Shown piece by piece: positions 37,329 through 49,034 of a DNA stretch of 64,000 nt. Both the position numbers and the translations under genes were made by a program. The notes under the pieces are model-generated. The model was not told the DNA's origin, did no database searches, and saw nothing but the letters and a program-made list of their open reading frames with translations. Where the stretch lies: NCBI RefSeq assembly GCF_018350175.1, contig NC_058368.1, forward strand, positions 128,900,001 through 128,964,000. The letters run 5' to 3'. This DNA is from Felis catus. Its lineage: Eukaryota. Positions within the stretch are counted from its first letter, which is position 1. Each line of letters begins with the position of its first letter.

Positions 37329-37890
37329 GTGAATGCTTCAACAGGGATGAACCTTGAAAACATGCTAAATGAAAGAAGCCAGATGCAAAAAACCCACACA
37401 TTTTGTGATCGCACTTGTATGAAGTGGCCAATAGGCAAATCCATAGACAAAAGGTACAGGAGTGGTTGCTTAGGGCTGGGGGGGAGGGGGGTGGTTTGGA
37501 GGGTAATGGGAAGTGAGTACTAATGGGTATGGGTTTTTTTTTTTTTCCACGAAGTGACGAAAATGTTCTAAAATTGATTTTGGCAATGTTGCAGAGCTCA
37601 GTGAATATATTCAGTTGTATATTTTATTTCTTTTTTACTTATTTATTATCTTTAAATTTTTGTTTAGTTGTACATTCTATTTTATTTTATTTTATTTTTT
37701 TAATTTTTAATTTTTAATTTTTTAAAAGTAAGCTCTACACCCAACGTGGGGCTTGAACTCACATCCCTGAGATCAAGAGTCGCATGCTCCACCAACTGAG
37801 CCAGTCAGGCGCCCCTCAGTTGTACATTTTGAAATGGGTTAATCATATGGTATGTGAATTATATTTCAATAAAGCCATTTAAAATAATTT
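37329..37890 (+). mobile_element. L1 (L1M-type) 3' end
   Basis: GGATGAACCTTGAAAACATGCTAAATGAAAGAAGCCAG ... AAATGTTCTAAAATTGAT ... TATGGTATGTGAATTATATTTCAATAAAGC. Confidence 0.88.
37682..37815 (-). mobile_element. Short Can-SINE variant without CT tract
   Basis: Reverse head ...GAGCCAGTCAGGCGCCCC; T-rich tail; TSD T(C/T)AGTTGTACATT. Confidence 0.9.
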
Positions 37891-38799
37891 AAAAATTTTG
37901 GAGGCAAAAGAGCTAATTTTACCTGTTTATTTTAAACTTTTAACAATGAGCTACCAGAAAATTTAAAATTACTTAAGTGGATGGCAGTATATTCTGTTGA
38001 AGCCTGTGGGCTAAGCAACCAAGGGTGAAGCGGCTATGGAAATCTAGGGCTAGTGCTGCCCAAAGTGAAAGTCATAAACACAGGGCAGAGGACCTGACAG
38101 AAAGGTTCACCTTTGGTGCAGGGTGAGCAGGAATGAGGGGTGAGGGAGAACCTGACTTGGAAGGTTGGGGGTTTTGAGGATAAGGGTAAAACTCGAGGAC
38201 TGGGACAGGCCTCTGCACCAAGTACCAGCACACGGGGCTGAGGAGCAGACCAGAATTTTTGGTCTCTAGGCAAACAGGGGGCGCTGTCTTTAGTCACCTC
38301 CCTGGAAGACTCTTATCAGCCCAGCCGTGAGCAACACTGAGTTATCTTTCTCAAGTGGCTGCCCCAGCTGCCTCAGGCTCTGTTCTCCAACCTCTGGGGC
38401 TGAGAGGAGCCAGGGCTTGACTCACCAGTAACATATTTGCATACCTGGAACCCAGCCTCTGTGAGATGCAGACAGCAGGCGGGGACCTCCAGCCTTACCC
38501 AGGAGGGTGAAAGCTTGGAAACTTCTTCAAGGAGTACTAGCCAAGGGAGTTTTTCTGGTCTGTTTGTGAAACGTGATAAACAAACCCTAGTGTTAGAGGT
38601 TTTGCTGATTGTAGCAGAAGGGGAAGCCTTGGGTACCTTCTTGGTATCCTCTCCTTCAGTGAGGTTTCTTTCTGACTCAGTTACACACCCATTCCCAAAA
38701 ACGTATAACACTATGTCAAAGAACACAGCTCAGTGTTGGCTAAGGAAGCTACACTTTTAGGGCCTCCGCAGAGAAAGGATCCCATGGCTCATCTCTGGA

Positions 38800-38853
38800 G
38801 ACGAGAGAGATAATGGGACTGAAGGATGAGAGAGATAATGGGACTGAAGGACG
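38800..38853. repeat. 25-bp tandem duplication
   Basis: GA(C/T)GAGAGAGATAATGGGACTGAAG at 38800-38824 and 38825-38849, followed by GACG. Confidence 0.95.
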
Positions 38854-41800
38854 CAAAGGGGTGATTAGCCAAATGAACTGCAACCCCAAAGGCCTAGTTC
38901 TGGAGGAGAGGTGAGTAGCCTAGAAAGGGGAGAGAAAATCAAATACACTGTACTCGGTGTAGAGTGAGTATTTGGCACTATTGTGTGCCCTGTCCAAAAT
39001 ATGTCCTGACATTTGCTCCCACTGCAGTAAACTTTACTTTTTTTCATGACGACTGCGTATCAGGTTTCCACAGACCCGGTGGGTCGCAAGCAAAGAAAAC
39101 GGGGTAGGCAAATTTCTTGAACCTAGGGGCATTGTCTGAGCAAAGTAAGATCTCCTGTTTTCTTGTCCTCATGGAGTAGCAGCAGAAAGTTGATGAAAGT
39201 CAATGAAGGCAGAGGAGACACAGACGAGACCATCTTCTATATGACTGTAAGCTCCCTAAAAGCAAGGGTTAGAAATTATTTGCCTCTCATGTCCACAATA
39301 GGGCCTGGAGGGTGGTGAGTACTCCAGGAATATTTGTAGCATGGGTGGATGAATGGAGGGCAGGTGAGAGGCACAGGACACAGGAGATAGTTAATTAACA
39401 TTGGGTTATGTAATGATGTTTTGCGGGGGCGGGTGATGGCAAGGAAAGGCTGGAGAAAGATTTCATTTATGTGATAGGCAAATAAATTCTGGAAGTGTTA
39501 AGTTAGAACTAGTATGACTGCATATTTAGTTTTGTCATCTTTCTAGCTTTTTTTGAGCAGTGCTTAATGCTGAATGAGAGTGAGGGTAGAAGGGGGAAAG
39601 GAGGCCTAGAATTATAGCTCGTGGGCCTCTCTCATTCTGGCTCTTGTAAAATGCAAACCACTGAGGAGTGGACAAATGACTTAATGATGATGTTGTCAGG
39701 GCCCTCAGAATAAATATTGCCTTTTCCATTCCCACCGCTGGTTCTACATAGTGCAAGCTGACGTATCCTCGAAAGGCTGAGATCTCCTCATTCTTATCTT
39801 CTGAGTCAGGCAGCACGAGATGGTGAAAAACTTGCTTAAAAAGCATTTGTATCATTTACCCCTGTCCCTTCAAGCCAAGGTGATCCTTTCTGGCCAAGAA
39901 TCCTGTCCTATAAGTGAGTTGGCTTTTTGTATTTGGCAGTTAGAAGTCTAAATTTAAAGTCAAGGTACTTAAAAGTCAGAACACAGAAAGAGTTTCTATC
40001 TCCAGATAATTCTATCATGGAGCTCAAAAGGCTCATCTGGAATATTAGAGGGCAGGGAACTTCAAAGAAAGCAAAACCATGTGTTATTATCAGAATGAAC
40101 GTAGATCTCTAAGAATTCTGTGAAACCCTCTTATGTGGGTCCATGGCATGCTAGTAATTGAGGTGGACGTGGTCCTGGCTGGGTGAGCTAAGAAAGCTGG
40201 ATTCTTCTAAGGAAATAACTTTCTATGATATCATGATGGGGATGTGCAGGTGCAGTTGGGTGGGAGCCCTTGGCAGCAGGGCTCCCTGTAATGGGTCCAA
40301 ATCCCTGGTGCCCATGCTCTCCTGCTCAAGTCACTTCTGCTCATGGACCTGTACTATGACTCACAGGCAGCCAGCAGCAGCTGAGAGGAAATGATGTGGC
40401 AACTGTGTCCAAAGATGATGGCTAAATGTTGAAAATAGAAAAGAAAATCCATTAAAAAAATATGCCGTTGTATTTTATAAAGGCTGTGCAAGATTTAAAA
40501 AGCATGTTTAGCATTCCAAGTATTTTCCCTTTTGTGTCTTTAGAGACTAGCTCTGAGAGTGATTTTTTGTTTACTTAACATTTAATCAAAAGAGATTTGG
40601 ACCCCGCCAGCTTTTGAACAACAGCTTCAGTAGCCCTGCCTCTTTGCATTTAGTGCGAAGAGAGAAACTTCAACCAGACGGAGAATTTGATGTCTGTAAT
40701 ATGCACTAAAAGATCAGCTGGTCTAACTTTACAGGGCTAATAAAAGGGAAGAATTTTCCTGTGCTCAGGTCTTTTATGAATTATAAATAACCATTCACTT
40801 TGGAAGATAGCACATCATAAAATTTTTTTTCACAAATATGCACAAATCCATTTTAAGATCCAAGGAAAAAGATGTTCAGAAGTCTCAGATGTACTCAGTT
40901 TTGATTTCGTGGGGAAACATGTTCTTTTACCATATGGATGCTTTTAAGGGGGCCTTCAGCTGGGGCTTAGTAATGGTACCCCAGTGGCTAAATAAGGGAT
41001 TTCTTTCCTTCTAACATTATTTCTCTGTTATTAAAGGTGGAAAAACCTTCCACAAATAGCATACTATTAGACTGCTTTAGGGGGTGTCCTGGGAATCAAG
41101 GTTATGTATCTGCTCCAGAAATACTGTCTGTAATTATCATTCCTCAGTGGTTCTGAGGATGCAGTCTGGGTGTTTTCATTAATTTCTTGATTCTGCTAGT
41201 CTGGAGTGCGTGCCTGCTCTTGATATTCAATATTTTTCAGTAGGAGTTTTTTGTGGTTTTTTTTTTTTTAGGGTCACAGGTCTCTCCCCCTCCCTTCCTC
41301 TCATAATAACCATTTCCTGGCTTCTTTTGTCTGCTAAAATAAAAAGGTACGAAAGACTAGATTTGAAAAGGAAGAGAGCTCAGATGTGAGATTCTTCCAA
41401 ATCCAAGCCTTTATCTACCCTATTTATAATTTAATATGAATATTAAGAGAGAGAGCATTCAGATCTGACAAACAACTGAGGAGAATCCACAGGTCAGACT
41501 AGCATATCGATGTCTCTCCCCAGCACATTATTATGAGTGTTTCCAAACAAAGTTGAAAGAATTTTACAGTGAATACCCATATGCCCCACCATCTAGTCAT
41601 AGATTCTACCCTTAACATTTAACCATTCTTATTTTATCACATATCTGTACATCCCTCCTCTATTAATCCTTTCAAAGTAGATTGTAAGCATCAATCAATT
41701 TCCACTTAAAAACTTCAATATTTCCTTCTTTTTTTCTGTTGTAAAATTTATATACAATGAAATGTACAATCTTAAGTGTACATTTTCTGAGTTTGGACAA

Positions 41801-42703
41801 ATGTATACCTGTGTTCCCAAGCTTCTGTAAACACATAGAACATTACCATCATCCCAGAAAGTTCCCTTGTGCCACTTCCCGTCAATCCTCACCCTTACTT
41901 CCCTTCCCAGAGGCAACCGCTGTTTTGAGTTTTGTCACTGCAGATTAGTTTTGCCTATTCTAGAATTTCATGTAAGTGGGATCAAATAGGATGAACTTTT
42001 TAATGTAAGACTTCTTTCACTCAGCATACTGTTTTTGAAATTCAGCCATGTTATCGTGTAACACTAATTCATCTGTTCCATTGTGTTGCTAAGTAGTATT
42101 CCATTATATGACTATACCACAGTGTGTGTAGCTATTCCCTGCTCATAGATACCTGGGGCATACTCAGTTTTTGGCTATTGTGCCTAAAGCTGTTGGGAAC
42201 ATTTTTATAAAAGTCTTTTTAAAGACTTATGTTTTCGTTTCCCATTTGTGGGAAAAGACCCATTTGTGTTGACTGCTGAATCACAGGATGAATGTGTGTT
42301 TTGTTTCAAAGAAACTGCCATTCCTCTTTCTAAAGTGGGTGCACCATTTTGTATTCCCACCAACAATGTAGGAGAGTTCCAGTTGCTTCCCATCTTTGCT
42401 GACATTTAATGTTGTCAGCCTATTTACTTTTAAACCATTTTGGTGAGGGTGTAGTAATGCCTCATTGTGGTTTTAATTTGCCGTTTCCCAATGAATAAGG
42501 GCATTGAACACGTTGTCATGTGCTTATTTGTCATTCATACATCTTCTTTTGTGAAGTATCTGTTCAAAACTTCTGTTCATTCAAAATTTTCTTTGTCTTT
42601 ATTGTTCAGTGGGAGTCCTTTATACATTCTGGACTGATGTCCTCTGTGGAGTTTATGTTTCACAAATATTTTCTTTCAGTCCATGACTTGCCTATTAATT
42701 TTC

Positions 42704-42723
42704 CTTTAAATTTTTTTAAATAT

Positions 42724-42758
<35 letters not shown>

Positions 42759-42925
42759 GAGCCAGCAAGCTGGGGAGGGTCAGAGACACAGGGAGAAATT
42801 CCAAGCAGGCTCAGGGCTGTCAGTGCAGAGCCCCATAGGAGGCTCCAACGCACAAACTATCAGATCATGACCTGAGCAGAAGCCAAGAGTCAGACACTTA
42901 CCTGAGGGAGCCACCCGGGTACTCC
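42704..42925 (-). mobile_element. Can-SINE (diverged)
   Basis: (TTTA)n tail; reverse head ...GAGCCACCCGGGTACTCC. Confidence 0.88.
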
Positions 42926-43133
42926 TCATTTTATTTTTTAAATGTTTATTTATTTATTTTTTAGAGAAAACGAGATTGCTAGCAGGGGAAGGGCAGAGAG
43001 AGAGAATCCCATGCAGGCTCCCTGCTCTCAGCACGGGGCCTGACAGGGGCTCCATATCACAAACTGCAAGATCAAGACCTGAGCTGGAGTCAAAGAGACA
43101 GACACTTAACAGACTGAGCCACCCAGGAGTTCC
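42926..43133 (-). mobile_element. Can-SINE
   Basis: Reverse head ...GAGCCACCCAGGAGTTCC followed by TSD TTGCCTATTCATTT. Confidence 0.9.
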
Positions 43134-43149
43134 TTGCCTATTCATTTTC

Positions 43150-43366
43150 TTAAAAAAAAAAATTTTTTTTAATGTTTATTCATTTTTGAGACAGAGTAAC
43201 AGAATGTGAGTGGGGGAGGGGCAGAGAGAGAGGGAGACACAAAATCTGAAGCAGGCTCCAGGCTCCGAGCTGTCAGCACAGAGCCCGATGCGGGGCTCAG
43301 ACCCACAAACCGCTAGACCGTGACCTGAAGTCTGGTGCCCAACCAACTGAGCCACCCAGGCGCCCC
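43150..43366 (-). mobile_element. Can-SINE
   Basis: Reverse head ...CCCAGGCGCCCC; TSD TTGCCTATTCATTT at 43134-43147 and 43367-43380. Confidence 0.93.
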
Positions 43367-43732
43367 TTGCCTATTCATTTGCTTAATGGTCTCTAGTGAT
43401 GGGAAGTTTTTTTATTTTGATGAAGTCTGATTTATCAGTGTTTTCTTTTATGGTTATTGTGACCTAAACAAAGCACATTGATCTCAATAAATGGTGTACC
43501 CAAAAATCTATTGTAGCCTCAAAAACACTCAAAGCTTCACTGGTTTAATTGCAATAGATGTGTCTTCCTGAAAAAAACATCTATTTACATGCATTTTTGG
43601 GAACAACTGAGGAAAACCTGGTGACTTGTAAACACTCACTCTCAGTATCCCAGAGGATGAAACAAATTCTAGACCTCCCTTGCTACTTTGCACTACAATA
43701 ACAAGACTTCTGTTTTCGGTTTGTTTCGTTGC

Positions 43733-43830
43733 GAAGATTTTTATTTTTTATTTTTAAGTAATCTCTCCACCCAACATGTGGCTCAAACTCACAACCCTGG
43801 GATCAAGAGTCGCATGCTCCATAGACTGAG
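43733..43830 (-). mobile_element. 5'-truncated short Can-SINE variant
   Basis: TTTTTAAGTAATCTCT..ACCCAAC...GATCAAGAGTCGCATGCTC..GACTGAG; flanking CTTCTGTTTT repeats. Confidence 0.82.
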
Positions 43831-45880
43831 TCTTCTGTTTTATTGGTGGAAAGAGTCACCACCTGGTCAAAGTCATGTTATGCTATCAAGTCAGTCCTTT
43901 GGTTTATGAGCATCACAAATGTTTTTTTTTTTAATTAATTAATCATATGTTATTGAGAAATCATATTATAAACAGTTTGAATGTATGGCATGAATGGATG
44001 AAGTCTTCCCCACAAAGGCTTTAAGGAATTGAACTAAAGGAAAGAAATCTACAGAGAGACCCAGGTGTCAGTGACAGCATGGGGCAAAATTAAGAGCAGA
44101 TTGAAGAGGGGAATGGTTGGCAATGAGAAAAGCAGAACTTGGAAAAATAGAGACCAGCTGAAGAGACATTCAACCTGTTGTGATTCTTTCAACCTGTTAC
44201 TGGGCTCCACATCTTCCCAAGATTGCACCCCAGACTCTTTGCCAAATGCTGTGTTGTCACTAAAGCTGTTTGATTTCTCCCTTTGTTTCCTTTTGGGACC
44301 TAAGGGACACTCAATACGGACATGACATTTTGAAAACTAAACTCACATCTTTTTCACCCTATCTTCATTGTTGTTCTGGCCTACTTTCTCTTAGACACTT
44401 TCTTGAGGGTGTGGGCTGAATGTGGTCTTTCAAACTTTCATGCCAATTGCCTTACGTGTCTTTCCCTCTCTGATTCCATCTTTTCCTGGGATCATTAATG
44501 TTCTGAAACTGCTCATTTAGTTGTGGGTTACCCTGGGCCTTCTGTGTCTTCTGTCCTCTATTTTTTTTTTTAAATCACTGAAATGATTTCCTTCTTTATT
44601 AGAGACTGATTCAGGAAAGAAAAGGGGGGAGACTTGAGTGGATGATTTTTGCTGTTTGACTACAGGTTGAAACGAGCAGTTGGATTTTTGGGTTTCATTG
44701 ATCCTCTAGGTTTTTATAACCAATTCCTTTGGTTACTGATTGTATGATTCTCACTGGAAATTATCTGGAAATATGAACTATGGAGAGAGAGCACCAATTA
44801 GCAAAGCTCTAGGTGGTTTTAACCCTGGAGAATATTCTCCAATGACTATGTGGGTGTGCCTGCCAGGCCTGGAGAGGATCTAGGCTAACGATGAGTTTCC
44901 TAACCCACCAGTCCTCGTCCAGTTGCTTGAGTATGAAGATTAGATGTGGGTGGTAAGATTTCCTGGCCTCCTGGATCTATTCCTGAAGAGAGCAGATAAG
45001 GTCAGGATGAGGGAAGTCTAGGTTCTGAGTTAGAAAAATCAAGTACGATTTCAGGGTCTCTGAAACAAAGATATGTCCTGAGTAATTCATACACAAACAT
45101 GATTGAAGTAATCAGAAGGGAGAAATGAATGGGGTTAGAGTCACAGGGCCACATGATAAATTATGCCTGGCTATGCAAGTAGGTTAAATCATTTCCTAAG
45201 ATGTTGCCAACAGCACAAATATCTGCATTTAGCAACACATGCAACCAAAAAGGGAACCAAAAATACTCTCCAAGTTTCTTCTCCTTTGGAATAGTGATTC
45301 CTGCTATTTTACTGTCTCCATTGAGGCACTCAGGGATCTTGGGTGAAGTCAGCTAGGTCGGTCCCCCTGGCCAGCCATGTGGGTGGACTTAAGTGGGTAC
45401 CCGAAAGTGGTGGGGAGGGTTGTGAAGCTGTCCTGTTGCCAACCCTCCCCAAGACCATTTTCTGCTCCTGCATATTTTTCTTTATACCAATGGGAGTGGG
45501 AGGTGAAAGTATCCAAAACCCAGTCTTGGAATCTTTTTTTTTCTTTTTTTCACTTTGAGCTACTTCAACATGTATATAAAGTAAAATGCAGAACCTTGAA
45601 ACCCTGTTTCAGCCTGAAACTCACTTGGCTCAGTTGGATTGGCTGGGCTGCAGGGTCCTTTACAAGCAGAAGAGCCTGGGTTGGATAAGAGAAATGGATA
45701 ATTCTGGATGGGACCCATGGGAAGCATACACTGATTCTTTCCTCTGACTCTTCCTTTCTTTCTTCCTTCTTTATTTCCTCCCTCCTTTTCTCCCTCTCTC
45801 TCTTATTCCTTCCTTCCTCCTTCCCACCACCACCCTCCTTCTCTTTTGCGCCCTTCCTCTCTTCCTCTCTGTATTCTTGT

Positions 45881-46106
45881 TTTTTTTTTAATTTTTTTTT
45901 TAACGTTTATTTACTTTTGAGACAGAGAGAGACAGAGCATGAACGGGGGAGGGTCAGAGACAGAGAGGGAGACACAGAATCTGAAACAGGCTCCAGGCTC
46001 TGAGCTGTCAGCACAGAGCCCGACGCGGGGCTCGAACTCACAGACCGAGAGATCATGACCTGAGCTGAAGTCGGACGCTTAACCGACTGAGCCACCCAGG
46101 CGCCCC
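45881..46106 (-). mobile_element. Can-SINE, young
   Basis: Near-consensus with CpGs intact; perfect TSD TCTCTGTATTCTTGT at 45866-45880 and 46107-46121. Confidence 0.97.
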
Positions 46107-48804
46107 TCTCTGTATTCTTGTATTCTGCCGCTCCATCTTCTAAGGAACTGGTCTGAGAACAAAGGGTGAGACATGGTAAGGAAGAAGACTAAAGAAACTT
46201 TTCTTGTGACTGAATAAAAACTGACAATAAAAATGCCAAAGTTTGGTGATTATACTGATAACTGAATGGGAAATCAGTACTGTACAGAAGCTTCACTTAC
46301 TTTTTAGGCAAGATAATTCTTTTGATATATTTACCAGAGTTCGGCAGGAACATCTGGCTGACTAGCAGTTATATTTTCTGAAGGGAGGGGGCAGCCATTG
46401 CTACCGTCAAGTATCCTCTAACTTTTCCTTAGTACCATAAGGTTTATCTGAATCTCACAATATCTGTGATCTTCTGAGATCCAAATTTCCCTTCAAGCTG
46501 ATGTTTGTCTTTCATTTGTTTTCTAATTAGCATTCAGGTTTCAGCCCTAGAGTGCACTGCCAGAGGCAGAACGTCTCCCTTGGTGGTGACCCTTGTTGTC
46601 ATTCTTCTAAAGTGAATTCACAAGACTGTTCTATGACTTTCAACTTTGCTCTGTGGTACGAGGTCTGTGAATGTTTAGTTGACAATACGTGTGCGCCTCT
46701 CTCATTTCCTGTTTTTAAGGGCTGCACTTAATTTATTTGAAAGGGTGGAATATTTTAAATTACAATTCAGCAGTTTTACTAAGGAAGGCTGTAAAACACA
46801 ATGAGCAAGGAGTTTTACTTCCTCCTCACAATTGCTACTCCCCGGTTTTGAAATCTTGATATCCTCCAATCAGTGGGAATGACTTTAACTTAGGCTGGAA
46901 CAGTTTGAACAGCAACCAAGCCATGGCTGGAACTATAGAAGGGCAAGGGATTCCTGCACACTATAATTCCATTTTTCCAGACGCCTTATTAGTACCCGGA
47001 ATGTGTCTGCCTATGCTTGATATTGTTCTATCATGTTGAGTTCCCCTCCCCCAGGCACAGCATTTGGATTGGTTACAGAATACAGTTGCTCAGCCAATCA
47101 AGTGAAACCTTTCTCCTGCAACCCTAGCAACACCTGACAATGGTCATTGACAAATGTTAGCAGAAAAATCCCTCACAAATCCAACCAGCCATGAAAGTGG
47201 TTTCTGGCGAGGGCAAACAGCTAGTCCTGCCCACAGAGCACTTTGTGTAGCCAGAGGACTTGGTGTTTGTTGCCAGATCTGTAAAAACAGAACCTGCATG
47301 TGGATGCCTACCTCAGTATGCCACCACTTAGGCTGAGCTGGCTTTGGTCAAAGCCATTGTTGGAGTCAGCGATCTGTTGTATGTGTGTATGTAGGGGTGG
47401 GTCTCATCTTCTCCCACACCGACCAAACCCTCATCCCCAAACAGAATATTTTCAGTGGTTGGAGAAAAAGTCCACGTAAAACTTCGGCTCCAAGGTCACA
47501 CTTCTATGTTGGATGGTAATTTGTTCCTTGGGGTAAGGCAAGAGGAACATTTTCTGAGGGCGGCAAGATACCTGGCTGTGTCCCCAGTGGCACTTTTCCA
47601 AGCCTTCTGGCTACACATCTTTCACTTCCCAGCCAGCCTCTGAACCCTGTTAGGGTGCAGTTGGCCTGTCTGGCTCACCTGCGGGCACATTGGGACACTC
47701 CTCTCAGGAGGCTGCTAGACCTAATGAGCTCTCACTGCTCTCCGGGAGGCTTCATGACTGAGGGATCTGTAGGCAGACCTGGCAGAGGCTAGGGTGGGGG
47801 AGGGGGCAGGGAATGGAGAATAAGAAAGGGGACCTGCCAAAAACATGCACAGACAATTCATACGCAAACACATGTTCCCACAAAGACATAATAGCTGTGT
47901 GTATATGATACCCTCCTGAAGTCCCCTTACACGATCATTCCAGTTAGTCTAGCCACCTTGGAGGCATATTTCAAACCCTGGTTGAGTAATCCATTGTGTG
48001 GTGATTAGCTGTTAATGAAGCTGAAAATACCTAAATCATCCAAGAAGTAATCTGAATTAATTTTTTTTTGGTTACACTGCAAGACAAGTCGGTGTCAAGA
48101 CAAAGACCTGGGGGACACAGAGGCATTTGCACACACAGATATAATGCACACACAGAGATAAACCTAGGTAAGAGGAACAGAGGTAGAACAACCTGGGGTA
48201 CAAGATGGGGAAAAGAAAGGAAACGGAAACTTCAAGGACAGACATGAATTGAAGAATGGGAAACCCAAGGTAACATTTTGAAATTAGTGATGTTCATTCA
48301 ATGCTCCCCACCCACACCCCAGACACCCTCTATTAGGACCACCCTACAGTGCCTGTCTGAATTTAATTTTCCATGGGGGCTGGGGGGAGGGGGTGGCAGT
48401 CAGTTTAATGAATTCCTTGGGATTATAAAATGGTAATGGCTTCAAGTCTTAGTCTTTCAGGGGATAGTGATATTTTTCAAAGGGGGCTCATTAAGGTCCA
48501 AAGAACCAAATCTCTAATGGTTGAATTGTAAATTGAGAGGAATATCTTTAGTGTGGAGATGTGGCCTTGCTCAAACACATTTGTAAGGTAGAGGCCTTAC
48601 AAAGAAGGCTGGGGAGGGTGGGGAGTGCAGAGGTGAGCCAACCATCAGATGGATGCTCTACAGAACATGGTGTCTTAGATGGCAGAGGAAAAGCAGCAGG
48701 CCTGACTTACACACAGGAACAAACCAGGAGTTGTTAGAATATTCCATGTCCGTCCTTCAGGGAACTTGGAAACTTTCTGGTGACTTGAGATATGGAAAAT
48801 TACA

Positions 48805-49034
48805 GGGGTGCCTGGGTGGCTCAGTACGTTGGGCATCCGGCTTTGGCTCAGGTCATGATCTCGCGATTCGATTTGTGAGTTTGAGCCCTGCATCTGGCTC
48901 TGTGCTGACAGCTCAGAGCCTGGAGCCTGCTTCAGATTGTGTCTCCCTCTCTATCCGCTCCTCCCCCGCTCACACTCCGTGTCTCTCTCTCTCAAAAATA
49001 AATGATAAACATTAAAAAAAAATTTTTAAAGAAA
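48805..49034 (+). mobile_element. Can-SINE
   Basis: Canonical head and tail; TSD GAAAATTA(C/T)A at 48795-48804 and 49035-49044. Confidence 0.94.

Larger units (their letters stand above)
37108..38003. mobile_element. MER33 (hAT-Charlie) split into ~37108-37327 and ~37911-38003
   Basis: TGTGCTGTTCAATACCGTAGCCACCAGC...GTAAGTGTAAAATACACAC...TAAACAAAATATATTATTA resumes as TAATTTTACCTGTTT...GCTACCAGAAAATTTAAAATTAC, collinear with remembered MER33 consensus. Confidence 0.85.
41728..43460 (-). mobile_element. Old L1 (L1M-type) 3' portion, interrupted by three Can-SINEs
   Basis: AAATGTACAATCTTAAGTGTACA, GCACCATTTTGTATTCCCACCAACAATGTA, CTCATTGTGGTTTTAATTTG and TTTTGATGAAGTC are reverse L1 3'UTR/ORF2-end motifs. 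Confidence 0.88.

Noticed and set aside
37730..37815. tRNA-like sequences in SINE heads
   Set aside because: They have A-tails, TSDs and degenerate stems; retroposed SINEs rather than tRNA genes.
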